Of a DNA stretch of 64,000 nt, positions 20,989 to 30,406 are shown piece by piece. Origin of the DNA: Niastella caeni (GTDB lineage Bacteria; Bacteroidota; Bacteroidia; Chitinophagales; Chitinophagaceae); contig NZ_STFF01000009.1 in the NCBI RefSeq assembly GCF_004834005.1, positions 90,649 to 154,648 on the forward strand, given 5' to 3'. A program made the translations under genes and the position numbers. The notes under the pieces are model-generated. The model worked only from the letters and a program-made list of their open reading frames with translations, did no database searches and was not told the DNA's origin. Within the stretch, counting starts at the first letter, position 1. The number at the start of each line of letters is the position of its first letter.

Positions 20989-21003
20989 CTTAACACCGTT
21001 AAG
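20989..21003. promoter_or_regulatory. Palindrome CTTAACACCGTTAAG about 28 bp upstream of the tetR start, with an extra TTAACG half-site at 20972-20977; candidate autoregulatory operator
   Basis: Shares TTAAC half-sites with the 20290 palindrome. Confidence 0.5.
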
Positions 21004-21260
21004 TATCCAAACATTATGTCGTTTTTTTTAAATATTCTTTTTACAAATCCGTTTACGGCTGTTGAATAACAAGCAATTGGGTTTTGAAATGGTGGGTGGT
21101 CAAGGGTGAATGGGTCAATGGTCAATGCCTGCCCGCCAGGCGGCATAAGCTGCAAGCAAATACCAGTAATTCACTGCCTTTATGCCTTGTTGCCTCGTTG
21201 CCTTTTTCAATTATTACAACTTGTCCCGATATATCGGGATTATCACATTGATTCTTACAT

Positions 21261-23174
21261 TTGCCGGATATCATGGATAAATTCATTGTTTCAGCCCGAA
21301 AATATCGTCCGCAAACCTTTGATACGGTTGTAGGACAAGCCCATATTACCACTACCCTCCAGAATGCGATCAAAAACCGCCAACTGGCGCATGCCTTTTT
21401 GTTCTGCGGTCCGCGTGGGGTGGGTAAAACAACCTGTGCCCGTATTCTGGCTAAAACCATCAATTGCGAAAAACCTACCGCTGAAGGGGAAGCCTGTAAC
21501 GAGTGTCAATCATGCGTAGCGTTTAACGATGGTATTTCATTGAATATTCATGAGCTGGATGCGGCCAGTAACAACTCGGTTGATGATATCCGCTCCCTGG
21601 TTGAGCAGGTTCGCTTTGCCCCCCAGGCCGGAAAATATAAAGTGTATATCATTGACGAGGTGCACATGCTTAGTTCCTCGGCCTTCAACGCCTTTTTGAA
21701 AACACTGGAAGAACCTCCTTCCTACGCCATATTTATATTAGCAACAACTGAAAAGCATAAAATTCTACCTACCATCCTCAGTCGATGCCAGATCTTCGAT
21801 TTCAAGCGCATCACCAGCAACGATACGGTAGAGCACCTGCAGAACATTTGTACAAAAGAAGAGATCAAGGCCGAAAAACCGGCGTTGCAGGTAATTGCCC
21901 GCAAAAGCGAAGGCTGTATGCGCGATGCGCTTAGCATTCTCGATAAAATAGTAAGCTTTACCAGCGGCACGGTTACTTACCAGAATACGCTGGAACATTT
22001 GAACATTCTGGATGCAGATTATTATTTTAAAATGATAGACTGCATGCAACAGCAAGACCTGGCCGGCGCTATGTTATTGTACGATGATATAGACCGCAAA
22101 GGTTTTGAAGGCGACCTGGTGTTGAATGGTTTTTCAGAATTCATCCGCAACCTGCTGGTATGTAAAGATGAAAAAGTAGCCGGTTTGCTGGAAGTAGTAG
22201 AAAGCTTTAAAGACAAATACATTGCTACCGGGCAAAAAACATCGGTGGCCTATCTCATCAGCGCGCTGAATATTTTAAACGAAGCAGAGATCAACTTTAA
22301 AGGCGCCCGTAACAAAAGACTGCATACCGAACTGGCCATAATTAAATTAACCTACCTGCAACAGGCCCTTGAGCTGGCCGCCACAGGCGATGGCATTGGT
22401 AAAAAAAAAGTAGTTGATAATGCGCAGCCGGTAGCTTTTCGCAAATTGGCGATGGTGGAAGACAGAAGTAAGAAGTCGGAAGCTGGAAATCAGCAGCCGG
22501 AAGCCGGAGGTCAGAAGCCAGAGGCAGGAAGTCGGAAGCCGGAAGCCGGAAGTCAGAAAAAAGAGTCGATCTATCAACAACCCAATAACGAAGCCAGGCT
22601 TATCATAGAAGAACCTACGGTCGATTATATTAGCCAGGAAGAAGAAGAGCAGAACTACATGCAAAGCATGCAAACTGTTCAATCTGCGGGAACCCAACCA
22701 CAAACTACAAACCACAAACCACAAACTACCAAGCTTGGCACGCTTGAATCCATCAGGCAAAAGTTTGCGAATAAACAGGCAGGAAACGTCAATCCCGCCA
22801 TTCCGCTAACGATGGAAAAGCTAATGGAACACTGGGTAAACTTCACTCAAAGATTAAGAGATAATAAAAACCCGGCCTCCCAATCATTCGACATGGCCCG
22901 GCTGGTTATTTTAAGCGAAAGCAGTTTTGAGATCGTTACCAATAATAACCTGGAGCAGAAATTCATTGAAGGTGAACGCCGCGACCTGTCGGAGTATTTA
23001 CAACAACGCTTCAACAACCGCACGCTGTTGTTCAACATTATCGTTACCGATAACCCGGTTATACAGGAACCAATTGAACGGCCCCTCTCTACAAAAGAAC
23101 AGTATCTAAAAATTGTAGAGCAATATCCACTGGTGAATGAATTGAGAAGTAAACTGAAGCTCGGGTTTGAATAA
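21261..23174 (+). CDS. dnaX: DNA polymerase III subunits gamma/tau (TTG start)
   Basis: AAA+ clamp-loader motifs: GPRGVGKT, the zinc module CNECQSC, and SRC. Confidence 0.9.
   Translation: MPDIMDKFIVSARKYRPQTFDTVVGQAHITTTLQNAIKNRQLAHAFLFCGPRGVGKTTCARILAKTINCEKPTAEGEACNECQSCVAFNDGISLNIHELDAASNNSVDDIRSLVEQVRFAPQAGKYKVYIIDEVHMLSSSAFNAFLKTLEEPPSYAIFILATTEKHKILPTILSRCQIFDFKRITSNDTVEHLQNICTKEEIKAEKPALQVIARKSEGCMRDALSILDKIVSFTSGTVTYQNTLEHLNILDADYYFKMIDCMQQQDLAGAMLLYDDIDRKGFEGDLVLNGFSEFIRNLLVCKDEKVAGLLEVVESFKDKYIATGQKTSVAYLISALNILNEAEINFKGARNKRLHTELAIIKLTYLQQALELAATGDGIGKKKVVDNAQPVAFRKLAMVEDRSKKSEAGNQQPEAGGQKPEAGSRKPEAGSQKKESIYQQPNNEARLIIEEPTVDYISQEEEEQNYMQSMQTVQSAGTQPQTTNHKPQTTKLGTLESIRQKFANKQAGNVNPAIPLTMEKLMEHWVNFTQRLRDNKNPASQSFDMARLVILSESSFEIVTNNNLEQKFIEGERRDLSEYLQQRFNNRTLLFNIIVTDNPVIQEPIERPLSTKEQYLKIVEQYPLVNELRSKLKLGFE
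22401..22417 (+). other. A9 homopolymer (A AAA AAA AA) in dnaX codons 381-383, with stop codons in both alternative frames: TAG at 22411-13 (+1) and TGA at 22415-17 (-1). Candidate slippage site for a gamma-like truncated DnaX.
   Basis: Seen directly: GGT AAA AAA AAA GTA GTT GAT. It lies after clamp-loader domains I-III and immediately before the low-complexity tau linker. Confidence 0.4.
22477..22560 (+). repeat. Four tandem 21-bp repeats inside dnaX encoding a PEAGxQK x4 low-complexity linker
   Basis: GAAGCTGGAAATCAGCAGCCG / GAAGCCGGAGGTCAGAAGCCA / GAGGCAGGAAGTCGGAAGCCG / GAAGCCGGAAGTCAGAAAAAA. Confidence 0.8.
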
Positions 23175-23181
23175 AGCAGTT

Positions 23182-23291
23182 TCCGGGTACCGGTTCCCGG
23201 TCACCGGGGCAACAAACTCGGAGTCCCTGATTATCTGTAGAGCGATCGAAATTCAAGTACCGGCACCTGGTAACCGGTAACTGGTAACCAG
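23182..23291. repeat. GGTAACC-rich inverted-repeat element, copy 2, between the convergent dnaX and M48 peptidase genes
   Basis: Arms CCGGGTACCGGTTCCCGGTCACCGGGG and GTACCGGCACCTGGTAACCGGTAACTGGTAACCAG. Confidence 0.5.
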
Positions 23292-23292
23292 T

Positions 23293-25392
23293 CTAATTCA
23301 AATACGGCAACTGCGCCTGCAGTAAACTTTTAAATTTCCTGAATACAAAATCATTGATGGCGCTCCAGCTTTCATTGGCCAGGTTGTGCAATTCGTTCAG
23401 CTCGTTATTATAAAATTCATTGCGGGAAAAATAAACATACTGGCTATCGAGAAATTTTTGCACTTTTTCTTTCAATACAGGAGAATAGTCAAAAGCCCCG
23501 GCAGTGATCCATTGGCGGATATGTTTTTTATAAGTGGTTTCCTGTGTTTTTAACTGTTGAATGATCTCCTGAACCTGTTCAAGCGAAGCCCCACCAGTTT
23601 CGTATATCGGCGCAAGCCCTTCTAACATAGTTTGCGTATGTTGAAAATAATCTTCCATTTCTTTACGCAGGTTAAAAAAATCAATATATCCGGTCCTCAG
23701 TTCCATGGCTTTGGCATAATCCTTTTGCATAGCCTTGTTGTAAACCAGGCGGTACGATTGCTTATCAGCCGTTTCCAGTTGAAGCTTTAACGCAGCAAGC
23801 TCCTTCTGCAATCTGTCAGAAATAGTAGCAGCCTGGTCACGCTCATACTTCTCACCATCAAAATCAAACGTTTTTGTATCCACCTGCTTTTCTGCAATGG
23901 CTTTTAAGATCTGAATATCTGTTTCAACCGCTTTGATCTTCGCCTGTAACCCGGCATTGGCCGGTGAAAATATACTGGCAACATCTTCCACAGGTCCCTG
24001 TTGCTGCGATAGTTCCTCTATGTTCAACTGGGTGATCTGTCTTTTATCGTAAAAATTATTGTACTCCGGTGGTAATGAATATAACTCATAATCCTGCTGT
24101 ACCAGCTTTTCAAAATCCGGTGCATCCAGCGCATGTACATCATTAGGCAACTCAACAGCAACGTACACTTTCTTTGTTAACTGCTGCTGCCAGTGTTCTG
24201 TATTATCAAACAAGATCCAGGCACTTTCATCGTTACGGCCGCTTTGTACGTTGAGGTTGTTTAAATGTACTTCCCGCTCTTCCAGCGCCGGGTGCGAAGC
24301 CCACTGATCTTTAAAATTTACCCGGGTCATATTCAGGGTCTTTAAAAAGGCTTCATCCACTACAGGCAAATCGTTCTGCAGGGATAATTTAAAGTCTTGC
24401 GCCAGGCGCCTGGTATAGGCTTGTTGATTGGGATACAAATTGCTGGTGATCCGTTTTTCTTTAAACAACTCGCCGCATTTCTGTATAACGGCATTGTAAC
24501 TGCTACTCGCCAGTTCAACGCGGCGTAAAGCCGAAACACAATTGGCAGAACCGCTAACACTGGCCGCTACCGCATCGGCATGGAATTCCATCTCGCGCGA
24601 CAGGCTCATATAATTCTTATTCAGCAATCCGTACATTTTTTGCAACACCCATTGTATGCCGGTTACTATACGAACAACTACCAGCACGAAAATGGCGAAA
24701 TAGTCACTGATGCTGGCCCAGTTTTGCAATGACCGGGAATAGCTGGTATTTTCATACAGCATATTGTAAATTACCCGGTTTACATTGTATACAAAGCTGC
24801 CCAGCTTCATGCTACGCTGCGAAAAGTGGCCAAACTCATGCGCCAGAATGGCTTTGAATTCGCTCAGGTTAACAGCATTTACGAGGCCTAAACCAATCTG
24901 CAGGTTCTTTTTTACAGGAAAAAACATGCTTAAAAAGCTGGAGTCATAAAAAACACAGGCATTTACCTCGGGCGACAGGTATATACGCTTGGGAAAAGGC
25001 GTTTGCGTGTCTTTGGTTAACAGCCTGATGAAAGCAAACAATTTGGGATGGTCTTTTTCTTTGATCTCAACGATGCCCGAACGGTCGTACCGCGCCACCG
25101 AAAAAATAAACTTAACCAGGAATATAAATACCATTACACCCAAACCTACCAGGCCAATGCCCAGCATTATGGTTATGAAACGGGGTATGGCCACAATCAG
25201 GGCAAAACCAAAATAAACGCAGGCAATAGCCAACAGTACCGACAGGAAGATCAATATAAGATAAACTATAAAAAAAAGGACTATAGATCCCATTACTTTG
25301 GATACTTCTTTCTTAAAAGCCGCGGAGGGAGCTGTAACTGTCACCGGAATATTTTCCGGGGTGGCGGGGTACATTAAGGCGTTGATTGACAT
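23293..25392 (-). CDS. Membrane M48-family zinc metallopeptidase (HtpX-like) with a roughly 400-aa C-terminal coiled-coil-rich extension
   Basis: HEFGH zinc motif, plus EFHAD (the third ligand motif E-x3-AD of M48) about 70 aa downstream; N-terminal TM helices. Confidence 0.55.
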   Translation of the reverse strand: MSINALMYPATPENIPVTVTAPSAAFKKEVSKVMGSIVLFFIVYLILIFLSVLLAIACVYFGFALIVAIPRFITIMLGIGLVGLGVMVFIFLVKFIFSVARYDRSGIVEIKEKDHPKLFAFIRLLTKDTQTPFPKRIYLSPEVNACVFYDSSFLSMFFPVKKNLQIGLGLVNAVNLSEFKAILAHEFGHFSQRSMKLGSFVYNVNRVIYNMLYENTSYSRSLQNWASISDYFAIFVLVVVRIVTGIQWVLQKMYGLLNKNYMSLSREMEFHADAVAASVSGSANCVSALRRVELASSSYNAVIQKCGELFKEKRITSNLYPNQQAYTRRLAQDFKLSLQNDLPVVDEAFLKTLNMTRVNFKDQWASHPALEEREVHLNNLNVQSGRNDESAWILFDNTEHWQQQLTKKVYVAVELPNDVHALDAPDFEKLVQQDYELYSLPPEYNNFYDKRQITQLNIEELSQQQGPVEDVASIFSPANAGLQAKIKAVETDIQILKAIAEKQVDTKTFDFDGEKYERDQAATISDRLQKELAALKLQLETADKQSYRLVYNKAMQKDYAKAMELRTGYIDFFNLRKEMEDYFQHTQTMLEGLAPIYETGGASLEQVQEIIQQLKTQETTYKKHIRQWITAGAFDYSPVLKEKVQKFLDSQYVYFSRNEFYNNELNELHNLANESWSAINDFVFRKFKSLLQAQLPYLN

Positions 25393-25476
25393 AAAGGTTT
25401 TTGCGAATTCAGGTTATAAAAAACCGAATTATTTTGAATAATTCAAATAGCAGGGCCTATAATTGTGAAATTTGTT

Positions 25477-25591
25477 GCCGGTTACCGGGTACCAGGCTCC
25501 GGTTACCGGGGAATCAAAAACACCAGCGCTAGTTCATTCATCCTCAACAAAGAACCGGGAACTGGCAACCGGTAACTGGTAACTGGCAACC
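25477..25591. repeat. GGTAACC-rich inverted-repeat element, copy 3, in the divergent M48 / E2 intergenic region
   Basis: Arms GCCGGTTACCGGGTACCAGGCTCCGGTTACCGGGG and CCGGGAACTGGCAACCGGTAACTGGTAACTGGCAACCAG. Confidence 0.5.
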
Positions 25592-25670
25592 AGTTTTTCC
25601 AATTGCTCATTTTGCTGTAATTTCGACCACTCAAATCGAAAAAATCAGAAATATCAAATAAGAAATATTT

Positions 25671-27302
25671 ATGGCTGAAGTGATCTTAATGCCCCGCCTG
25701 AGCGATACCATGACAGAAGGCGTGATAGCGGCCTGGCATAAAAAGGTAGGCGACAAAGTTAAGAAAGGCGACTTACTGGCAGAGGTGGAAACCGACAAGG
25801 CCACCATGGAACTGGAAAGTTATAAAGATGGCACCCTGCTTCACATTGGTACTGAAAAAGGGGGAAAACTACAGGTAAACGATCTGCTGGCCATTATTGG
25901 TAACGCCGGTGAAGACATCAGCTCCCTTATTGGTGGCGGTGGCCAAAAAGCCGCTCCTTCAGCAGCAAAAACGGCAGCACCTGAACCCGCCAAAGCCGAG
26001 GCTAAACCCGCCGGCGAATCACTCGACCTGGCCAATATGCAGGAAGTGATCCTGATGCCCCGCTTAAGCGATACCATGACAGAAGGCGTAATTGCCGGCT
26101 GGCATAAAAAAGTGGGCGACACTGTGAAAAAAGGCGATCTGCTGGCTGATGTGGAAACCGATAAGGCTACCATGGAGCTGGAAAGCTATAAAGAAGGTAA
26201 ATTATTATATATAGGCGCGCAGAAAGGTGATAAAGTTCCCGTGAATGCCCTGTTGTGCATCATCGGCGACGAAAAGAAAGTAGATGTTGAAAAGATCGTA
26301 GCTGCCGCCAAAGGTGGCGCAACCACTGCAGGCGCTGCTCAAAGCCAGCCTCAGGCCGCTGCTCAAACTGCACAAGCGGGAAGCGCTCAAACCGAAACCG
26401 CTGCACCAGCCGCAGCCGGCGGAAATGGTCGCGTAGTCGCTTCTCCCCTGGCCAAAAAATTAGCTTCTGAAAAAGGTATCGATATTTCCAAAGTGGCCGG
26501 TTCCGGCGATGGCGGACGTATTATAAAAAGAGATATTGACAATTATGTTCCTGCTGCCGGTGGCGCACAAGCTGCTTCAACAACTGCTCAACCTGGCAAA
26601 GCTCCGGCTGTTGCAGGTGAGGTAAGCTTTGAAGAAGTTCCTGTATCGCAAATGCGTAAGGTAATTGCCAAACGTTTATCTGAAAGCAAATTCACCGCTC
26701 CTGAATTCTACCTCACCATGGAAATAAACATGGATAAAGCGGTAGAAAGCAGAGCCAAAATAAATGAAATTGCTCCGGTTAAGATCTCGTTCAATGACAT
26801 GGTGTTGAAAGCCTGTGCCATTGCCCTGAAACAACACCCGAAGGTTAACAGTAGCTGGCTAGGAGATAAGATCCGGGTTAACCATCATGTGAATATTGGT
26901 GTAGCCGTTGCCGTTGAAGAAGGCTTACTGGTGCCTGTTGTGCGCTTTGCTGATCTGAAATCATTATCGCAAATTGGAGCTGAAGTAAAAGACTTCGCGA
27001 AGAAAGCAAAAGATAAAAAACTGCAGCCAAGCGATTGGGAAGGCAGCACCTTCACCATCAGTAACCTGGGGATGTTTGGCATTGAAGAATTCACCGCCAT
27101 CATCAACCCACCCGATTCATGTATCCTGGCTGTAGGCGCCATTAACCAGGTTCCTGTTGTAAAGAATGGTCAAATTGTAGTGGGTAACGTCATGAAAGTT
27201 ACCTTAACCTGCGACCACCGTGTAGTTGACGGCGCAACCGGCGCTGCGTTCCTGCAAACCCTGCAAGGCTTGTTGGAAGAACCACTGCGCATGCTGGTTT
27301 AA
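25671..27302 (+). CDS. Dihydrolipoyllysine-residue acetyltransferase (E2 of the pyruvate / 2-oxo acid dehydrogenase complex) with two tandem lipoyl domains
   Basis: Two near-identical lipoyl domains (EVILMPRLSDTMTEG...ETDKATMELES, twice); Ala/Pro linkers; E3-binding domain; catalytic domain ending ...TLTCDHRVVDGA. Confidence 0.9.
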   Translation: MAEVILMPRLSDTMTEGVIAAWHKKVGDKVKKGDLLAEVETDKATMELESYKDGTLLHIGTEKGGKLQVNDLLAIIGNAGEDISSLIGGGGQKAAPSAAKTAAPEPAKAEAKPAGESLDLANMQEVILMPRLSDTMTEGVIAGWHKKVGDTVKKGDLLADVETDKATMELESYKEGKLLYIGAQKGDKVPVNALLCIIGDEKKVDVEKIVAAAKGGATTAGAAQSQPQAAAQTAQAGSAQTETAAPAAAGGNGRVVASPLAKKLASEKGIDISKVAGSGDGGRIIKRDIDNYVPAAGGAQAASTTAQPGKAPAVAGEVSFEEVPVSQMRKVIAKRLSESKFTAPEFYLTMEINMDKAVESRAKINEIAPVKISFNDMVLKACAIALKQHPKVNSSWLGDKIRVNHHVNIGVAVAVEEGLLVPVVRFADLKSLSQIGAEVKDFAKKAKDKKLQPSDWEGSTFTISNLGMFGIEEFTAIINPPDSCILAVGAINQVPVVKNGQIVVGNVMKVTLTCDHRVVDGATGAAFLQTLQGLLEEPLRMLV

Positions 27303-27368
27303 TTTAACAAACTCACTTTACTGTATAAAAATGCCTCACTGTTATGGTGGGGCATTTTGGTGAATGGG

Positions 27369-27490
27369 CAGTAGTGAGTGGTGAGTGAGTTCCCGAATTT
27401 TAAAATTTCTGACCTATAGCGAGGCTCACGAATTTTCGAAACCTTACACTTTTTTGAGGCCCGCTCACAACTCACCATTCACCACTCACC
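27369..27490. repeat. Structured inverted repeat 3' of the E2 gene, with internal CGAATTTT and GAGGC(C)CGCTCAC direct repeats. Arms are CAGTAGTGAGTGGTGAGTGAGTT and AACTCACCATTCACCACTCACC.
   Basis: Seen directly; roughly 120 nt of potential stem-loop. Confidence 0.45.
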
Positions 27491-27561
27491 TTGTTTTATT
27501 CACCTTTGCCCTTCCCCTCATTTTAACTACTTTTAGTACGAACCCTAAACAACCAATCTCA

Positions 27562-28422
27562 ATGAGGCTTGTATATTTCTTCCTCCTGATGATCACTATG
27601 CTTGCATCCTGTGAATCAAAAAATGCAAAAACCGGCCTGCCTTTCACAAAAGACTCCCTCATGGGCAACTGGATGGCCGTTAAAGTAACTGCCTCCCTGA
27701 AGATCATGAACAGCACAAGAAGAACAGCATTCGAAGATTACAGGGATTCGGTTATGGAACCCATATACGATAATGTAGAACTTGCCGTTTTTCAATTTCA
27801 ACCGGGCGGCGTGGTTACGGTCGATGACGGGCATGTTGATAAAATAACAGGTAACTGGTTATATAACGACAAACGGGAACTTCTCCTTCGATATAAATAC
27901 CTGGTAGAAAAAAACAGGTCCCTGTTCAGTGTTGAACATTACTGGCACGACAGCCTGCAACTGGAAAATGTTATTCCCAGGAACAGGGATACGATGTACG
28001 TCACGTACTTCATGCAAAAATTAAGGACCAACGATTCTGTACCCAACCTGTTCGACCCTGCCTTAAACAAATGGCGCGAAAAACCGCTTCATGCCGAAGA
28101 TCCCGCTGCTATTAAAACCCGGCTTAAGCAGGTGCTTTATTATTACTCCGCTTACTTTGCCAATATTTCAGGGAACAGAATACCTGTCTTCAACATCAGG
28201 AAGATCCTTTGCCCCATCCTGTTCTACAACGGCGGCATTGGCTTACAGAAATTCAATAAAAACGATGAATGGAAAAAGGTCTTTTATGACAACAGCGATG
28301 CACAAAAAGCACATGCGATGTTAAGCGATGCTTTTTCAAAAATTACCAACTACCCCGACAAAGCCGGCGATTATGTAAAGGAATATGTTGTTGCCCTGAA
28401 GTTGGTGGCTGATGCATTATAA
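27562..28422 (+). CDS. Hypothetical lipoprotein. Start assigned at MRLVYFFLLMITMLASC; the ORF track start at 27385 would read through the upstream hairpin.
   Basis: Lipoprotein signal with an LASC lipobox; no recognisable domain. Confidence 0.4.
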   Translation: MRLVYFFLLMITMLASCESKNAKTGLPFTKDSLMGNWMAVKVTASLKIMNSTRRTAFEDYRDSVMEPIYDNVELAVFQFQPGGVVTVDDGHVDKITGNWLYNDKRELLLRYKYLVEKNRSLFSVEHYWHDSLQLENVIPRNRDTMYVTYFMQKLRTNDSVPNLFDPALNKWREKPLHAEDPAAIKTRLKQVLYYYSAYFANISGNRIPVFNIRKILCPILFYNGGIGLQKFNKNDEWKKVFYDNSDAQKAHAMLSDAFSKITNYPDKAGDYVKEYVVALKLVADAL

Positions 28423-28435
28423 TTTTTGTAACGAA

Positions 28436-30286
28436 TTACTTCACCTCCAGCAACGCCACTTTCCCATCCATGGTTGATGCAACCAGGTGCTTTTTATCCA
28501 GCACCCGAACCGTGTTCACCATGGAATTATCGATCTTATGGGCCCAGGTAATTTTTTGTGTTGCCAGATCGATCGCATACACTACTCCATTACGTGTACC
28601 AAAAAATAATTGTCCGTCTTTTTCAATCAACATCGATGGCACATGTTCGTACCCAAACCCTGCATGCATTACCCAGGCCGGTCGTTGCGCCGTGCGACTG
28701 GCAGCATACGCCACAACGGTATCCTGCATTGTTTTTCCATAAACAAATTTTCCATCGGCCGACATCCCGATCGACTCCCGTACCCGCGTCTCATTATTTT
28801 GCCATAAGGTAGCGCCTGTTATTGCATTAATGGCATACAAGGTACGGTTGGGACAAACCACATATACCACACTATCATGCGCAACCGGAATACAGGCGGC
28901 CGGCGAAAAGTTGATCACCGGAAACCCAGGATTCCATTGCCAGACCAATTGCCCATTGCTTCTGCTCACGGCATACAGGTTCTTATCCCAGGCGCCAAAG
29001 ATCACCATGTTGCCATATATCAACGGGGTGCTCACCACAGGTCCCTGCAGGCCGGCAAACTTCCAAAACACATATCCGTTTGTCAGGCTCAATGCCATAA
29101 AGTTGTGATCGCTGCCGCCGATAAAAACCGTATCGCCCACAATTACCGGCGAGCCCAGGACCGATGCGGCTGTTTTTACTTTCCAGTTCAATTGCCCGGT
29201 CAACACATTCAAACAATACACATGACCATCACCGGAACCCAGCACCACTTTTCCGGCTCGCACTGCCGGCGAGGAGAAAACAGCGCCATTGGTTTTATAG
29301 GTCCATTTCTTTTTCCCATCTTTCAACGATAACGCCATAACAACACCATTCTGGTTTCCCACCACTACCAGGTTGCTGGCAACTGCGGGAGTAGCAATCA
29401 CATTCGCATCAGAAGAAAATATCCATTTCGGTTTTACATGTGCGTATTGCGTATTGATTGCATACGATGGCCGCTCAAAATGCTTTGCCGAATCAATACG
29501 AAGCGGAACAACTTTTGTCCAGGCCGCAAGCGGTTCACCACCCGGCCGCCGTTCTGTATAAATGATCGAATCGCTGTACACATCAACCAGGTTGTAACCA
29601 CCCAGCGGCGCTTTTGCCCGCAGGTTCGAACGGCCCATCACACCGGGAATACCTTCAAAACTAAATGCTTTGTTGCCGTGACCATGCCCACAAATGATCA
29701 TCAGGGTGTTGTATTGTTTTAACCGGTCAGTGATCTCGTACCAGTTATCCAGGCTATTATCAATGGGATAATGATTACAAAAAATAACAGGTTGTTGTTT
29801 GGGCGTTTTAGCCAGCAAACTATCTAACCATACAATGGCATTACGCGGAATATGTCCGTCGCTCATTCTTACATACGGACCCGAAGCGCAGCCGATAAAA
29901 CGAATGCCATTATGATCGAACTGAAACTTATCGTACCCGAATGTGCTGGTAAAATGAACGCCGCCGCTTTCACTCCACCCCGTATCGTGGTTACCCGGAA
30001 TGATATAATATTTCACCTGTAAACTGTCGAGGATCTGTTTGGCCAGCGCCAGTTGTGCATCCGTTCCCAATTCAGTAATGTCGCCGGTGATGATCACAAA
30101 CGCTACATCATTCAGCTGGTTAATGTCCCGTACCGTCCTGCGCAGGTCCTCTTCTGCGGAGCCGTTGGGCGAACCAATATGAGTATCACTGATATGTATA
30201 AAACGAAATGACTTAATCTGTGCGTGCAGTAAACCAGTTGCCAACAGCAACATTGAAATAAAGAAAAACCGTTTCATGGCCGCCAA
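28436..30286 (-). CDS. Secreted fusion: calcineurin-like metallophosphoesterase domain plus PQQ-like beta-propeller repeats
   Basis: N-terminal FIHISDTHIG, ITGDITE and IIPGNHDT motifs. The C-terminal half has repeated (G)xxYAL(S)xx(T)GxxxW propeller blades. Confidence 0.55.
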   Translation of the reverse strand: MAAMKRFFFISMLLLATGLLHAQIKSFRFIHISDTHIGSPNGSAEEDLRRTVRDINQLNDVAFVIITGDITELGTDAQLALAKQILDSLQVKYYIIPGNHDTGWSESGGVHFTSTFGYDKFQFDHNGIRFIGCASGPYVRMSDGHIPRNAIVWLDSLLAKTPKQQPVIFCNHYPIDNSLDNWYEITDRLKQYNTLMIICGHGHGNKAFSFEGIPGVMGRSNLRAKAPLGGYNLVDVYSDSIIYTERRPGGEPLAAWTKVVPLRIDSAKHFERPSYAINTQYAHVKPKWIFSSDANVIATPAVASNLVVVGNQNGVVMALSLKDGKKKWTYKTNGAVFSSPAVRAGKVVLGSGDGHVYCLNVLTGQLNWKVKTAASVLGSPVIVGDTVFIGGSDHNFMALSLTNGYVFWKFAGLQGPVVSTPLIYGNMVIFGAWDKNLYAVSRSNGQLVWQWNPGFPVINFSPAACIPVAHDSVVYVVCPNRTLYAINAITGATLWQNNETRVRESIGMSADGKFVYGKTMQDTVVAYAASRTAQRPAWVMHAGFGYEHVPSMLIEKDGQLFFGTRNGVVYAIDLATQKITWAHKIDNSMVNTVRVLDKKHLVASTMDGKVALLEVK

Positions 30287-30358
30287 ATTAATCTATTAAT
30301 AAAGAGGAAATACCAGCAGAAAACGGCAGGCGCATTAAATTAATGTTTATATGCATCT

Positions 30359-30406
30359 AGCCGTGTTACGGTTCGCTTGATCCGCCAGGGTAACCGTGAC
30401 ACGGCT
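30359..30406. repeat. 15-bp-stem hairpin containing GGTAACCG (AGCCGTGTTACGGTT ... GTAACCGTGACACGGCT), upstream of the NfeD gene
   Basis: Near-perfect inverted repeat seen directly. Confidence 0.45.

Noticed and set aside
20962-21260. Possible SRP RNA (ffs), which is often found upstream of dnaX. The region has GC-rich hairpins (GCCTGCCCGCCAGGCGGC) and direct repeats (GGGTCAATGGTCAATG, TGCCTTGTTGCCTCGTTGCC).
   Set aside because: It lacks the universally conserved domain IV motif (…AGGUC…GGAAGGAAGCAGC…). More likely it is the dnaX promoter or leader. An Rfam cmsearch would settle it.
21122-21463. 113-aa minus-strand ORF overlapping the dnaX start
   Set aside because: It overlaps the well-supported dnaX N-terminus (Walker A) on the opposite strand. 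Spurious.
25671-27302. E2 acetyltransferase lacking adjacent E1/E3 genes, as a possible orphan or novel complex
   Set aside because: The tandem lipoyl domains and a full catalytic domain are typical PDH E2. E1 and E3 are frequently unlinked in Bacteroidota. Nothing unusual beyond gene order.
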